Shown here in pieces: positions 63,856 through 64,000 of a DNA stretch of 64,000 nt. Source of the stretch: Styela clava (taxonomy: Eukaryota); contig NC_135261.1 in the NCBI RefSeq assembly GCF_964204865.1, positions 13,206,001-13,270,000 on the forward strand, given 5' to 3'. The translations under genes and the position numbers were made by a program. Positions within the stretch are counted from its first letter, which is position 1. Every line of letters starts with the position of its first letter. The notes beneath the pieces are model-generated. The model did not search any database. It had not been told where the DNA came from and worked only from the letters and a program-made list of their open reading frames with translations.

Positions 63856-64000
63856 GTGAGAAGCGGTTTGATATAATTTGTCTTCCTGAATGAATATGGA
63901 ATTTTTTTCGATATAGCATCAACTAATGATTTTTTTACTTGTGTCTGGTGGAAGCATTAACACCAGCTTATTGTTTTTCTTTTATTTGGAGTAAATGATT

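Noticed and set aside
1-64000. Most 60-100-aa ORFs in the supplied track, and any CRISPR, operon or rRNA interpretation
   Set aside because: The ORFs are antisense shadows, exon read-throughs or chance frames in AT-rich DNA. No repeat-spacer array or prokaryotic organisation is present.

Overview
AT-rich, intron-rich animal genomic DNA. Short GT-AG introns, a delta-protocadherin and the repeat content suggest an invertebrate chordate such as an ascidian (inference only). I reconstructed four spliced genes by hand with consistent splice phases. (1) A GNAT/AANAT-like acetyltransferase (-, ~844-2219) whose last exon appears disabled. (2) A secreted, atypical lipocalin (-, 8405-10421; 6 exons, 211 aa). 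(3) A delta2-type protocadherin (-, 15732-22769; 19 coding exons, ~1136 aa; 6 EC repeats, TM, CM1, CM2). (4) The 5' part of a large secreted FCGBP/zonadhesin/mucin-like mosaic protein (+, from 53972 past the window end): signal peptide-SUEL lectin-CysD(WxxW)-2xSushi-VWD(GDPH)-C8-TIL-TILa-VWD. Genes 3 and 4 are divergent and separated by ~31 kb without a recognisable gene, although a possible cryptic or decayed gene lies at ~50.1-50.9 kb. Mobile DNA includes a decayed Academ-type transposon, a Helentron/HINE-like element, several hAT MITEs with 8-bp TSDs, a Merlin-like foldback MITE family and a tRNA-type SINE family. Local tandem duplications also occur. No prokaryotic systems, CRISPR arrays, rRNA or intact tRNA genes were seen. 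The best novelty candidate is the lectin-headed, GDPH-cleavable VWD mosaic protein.
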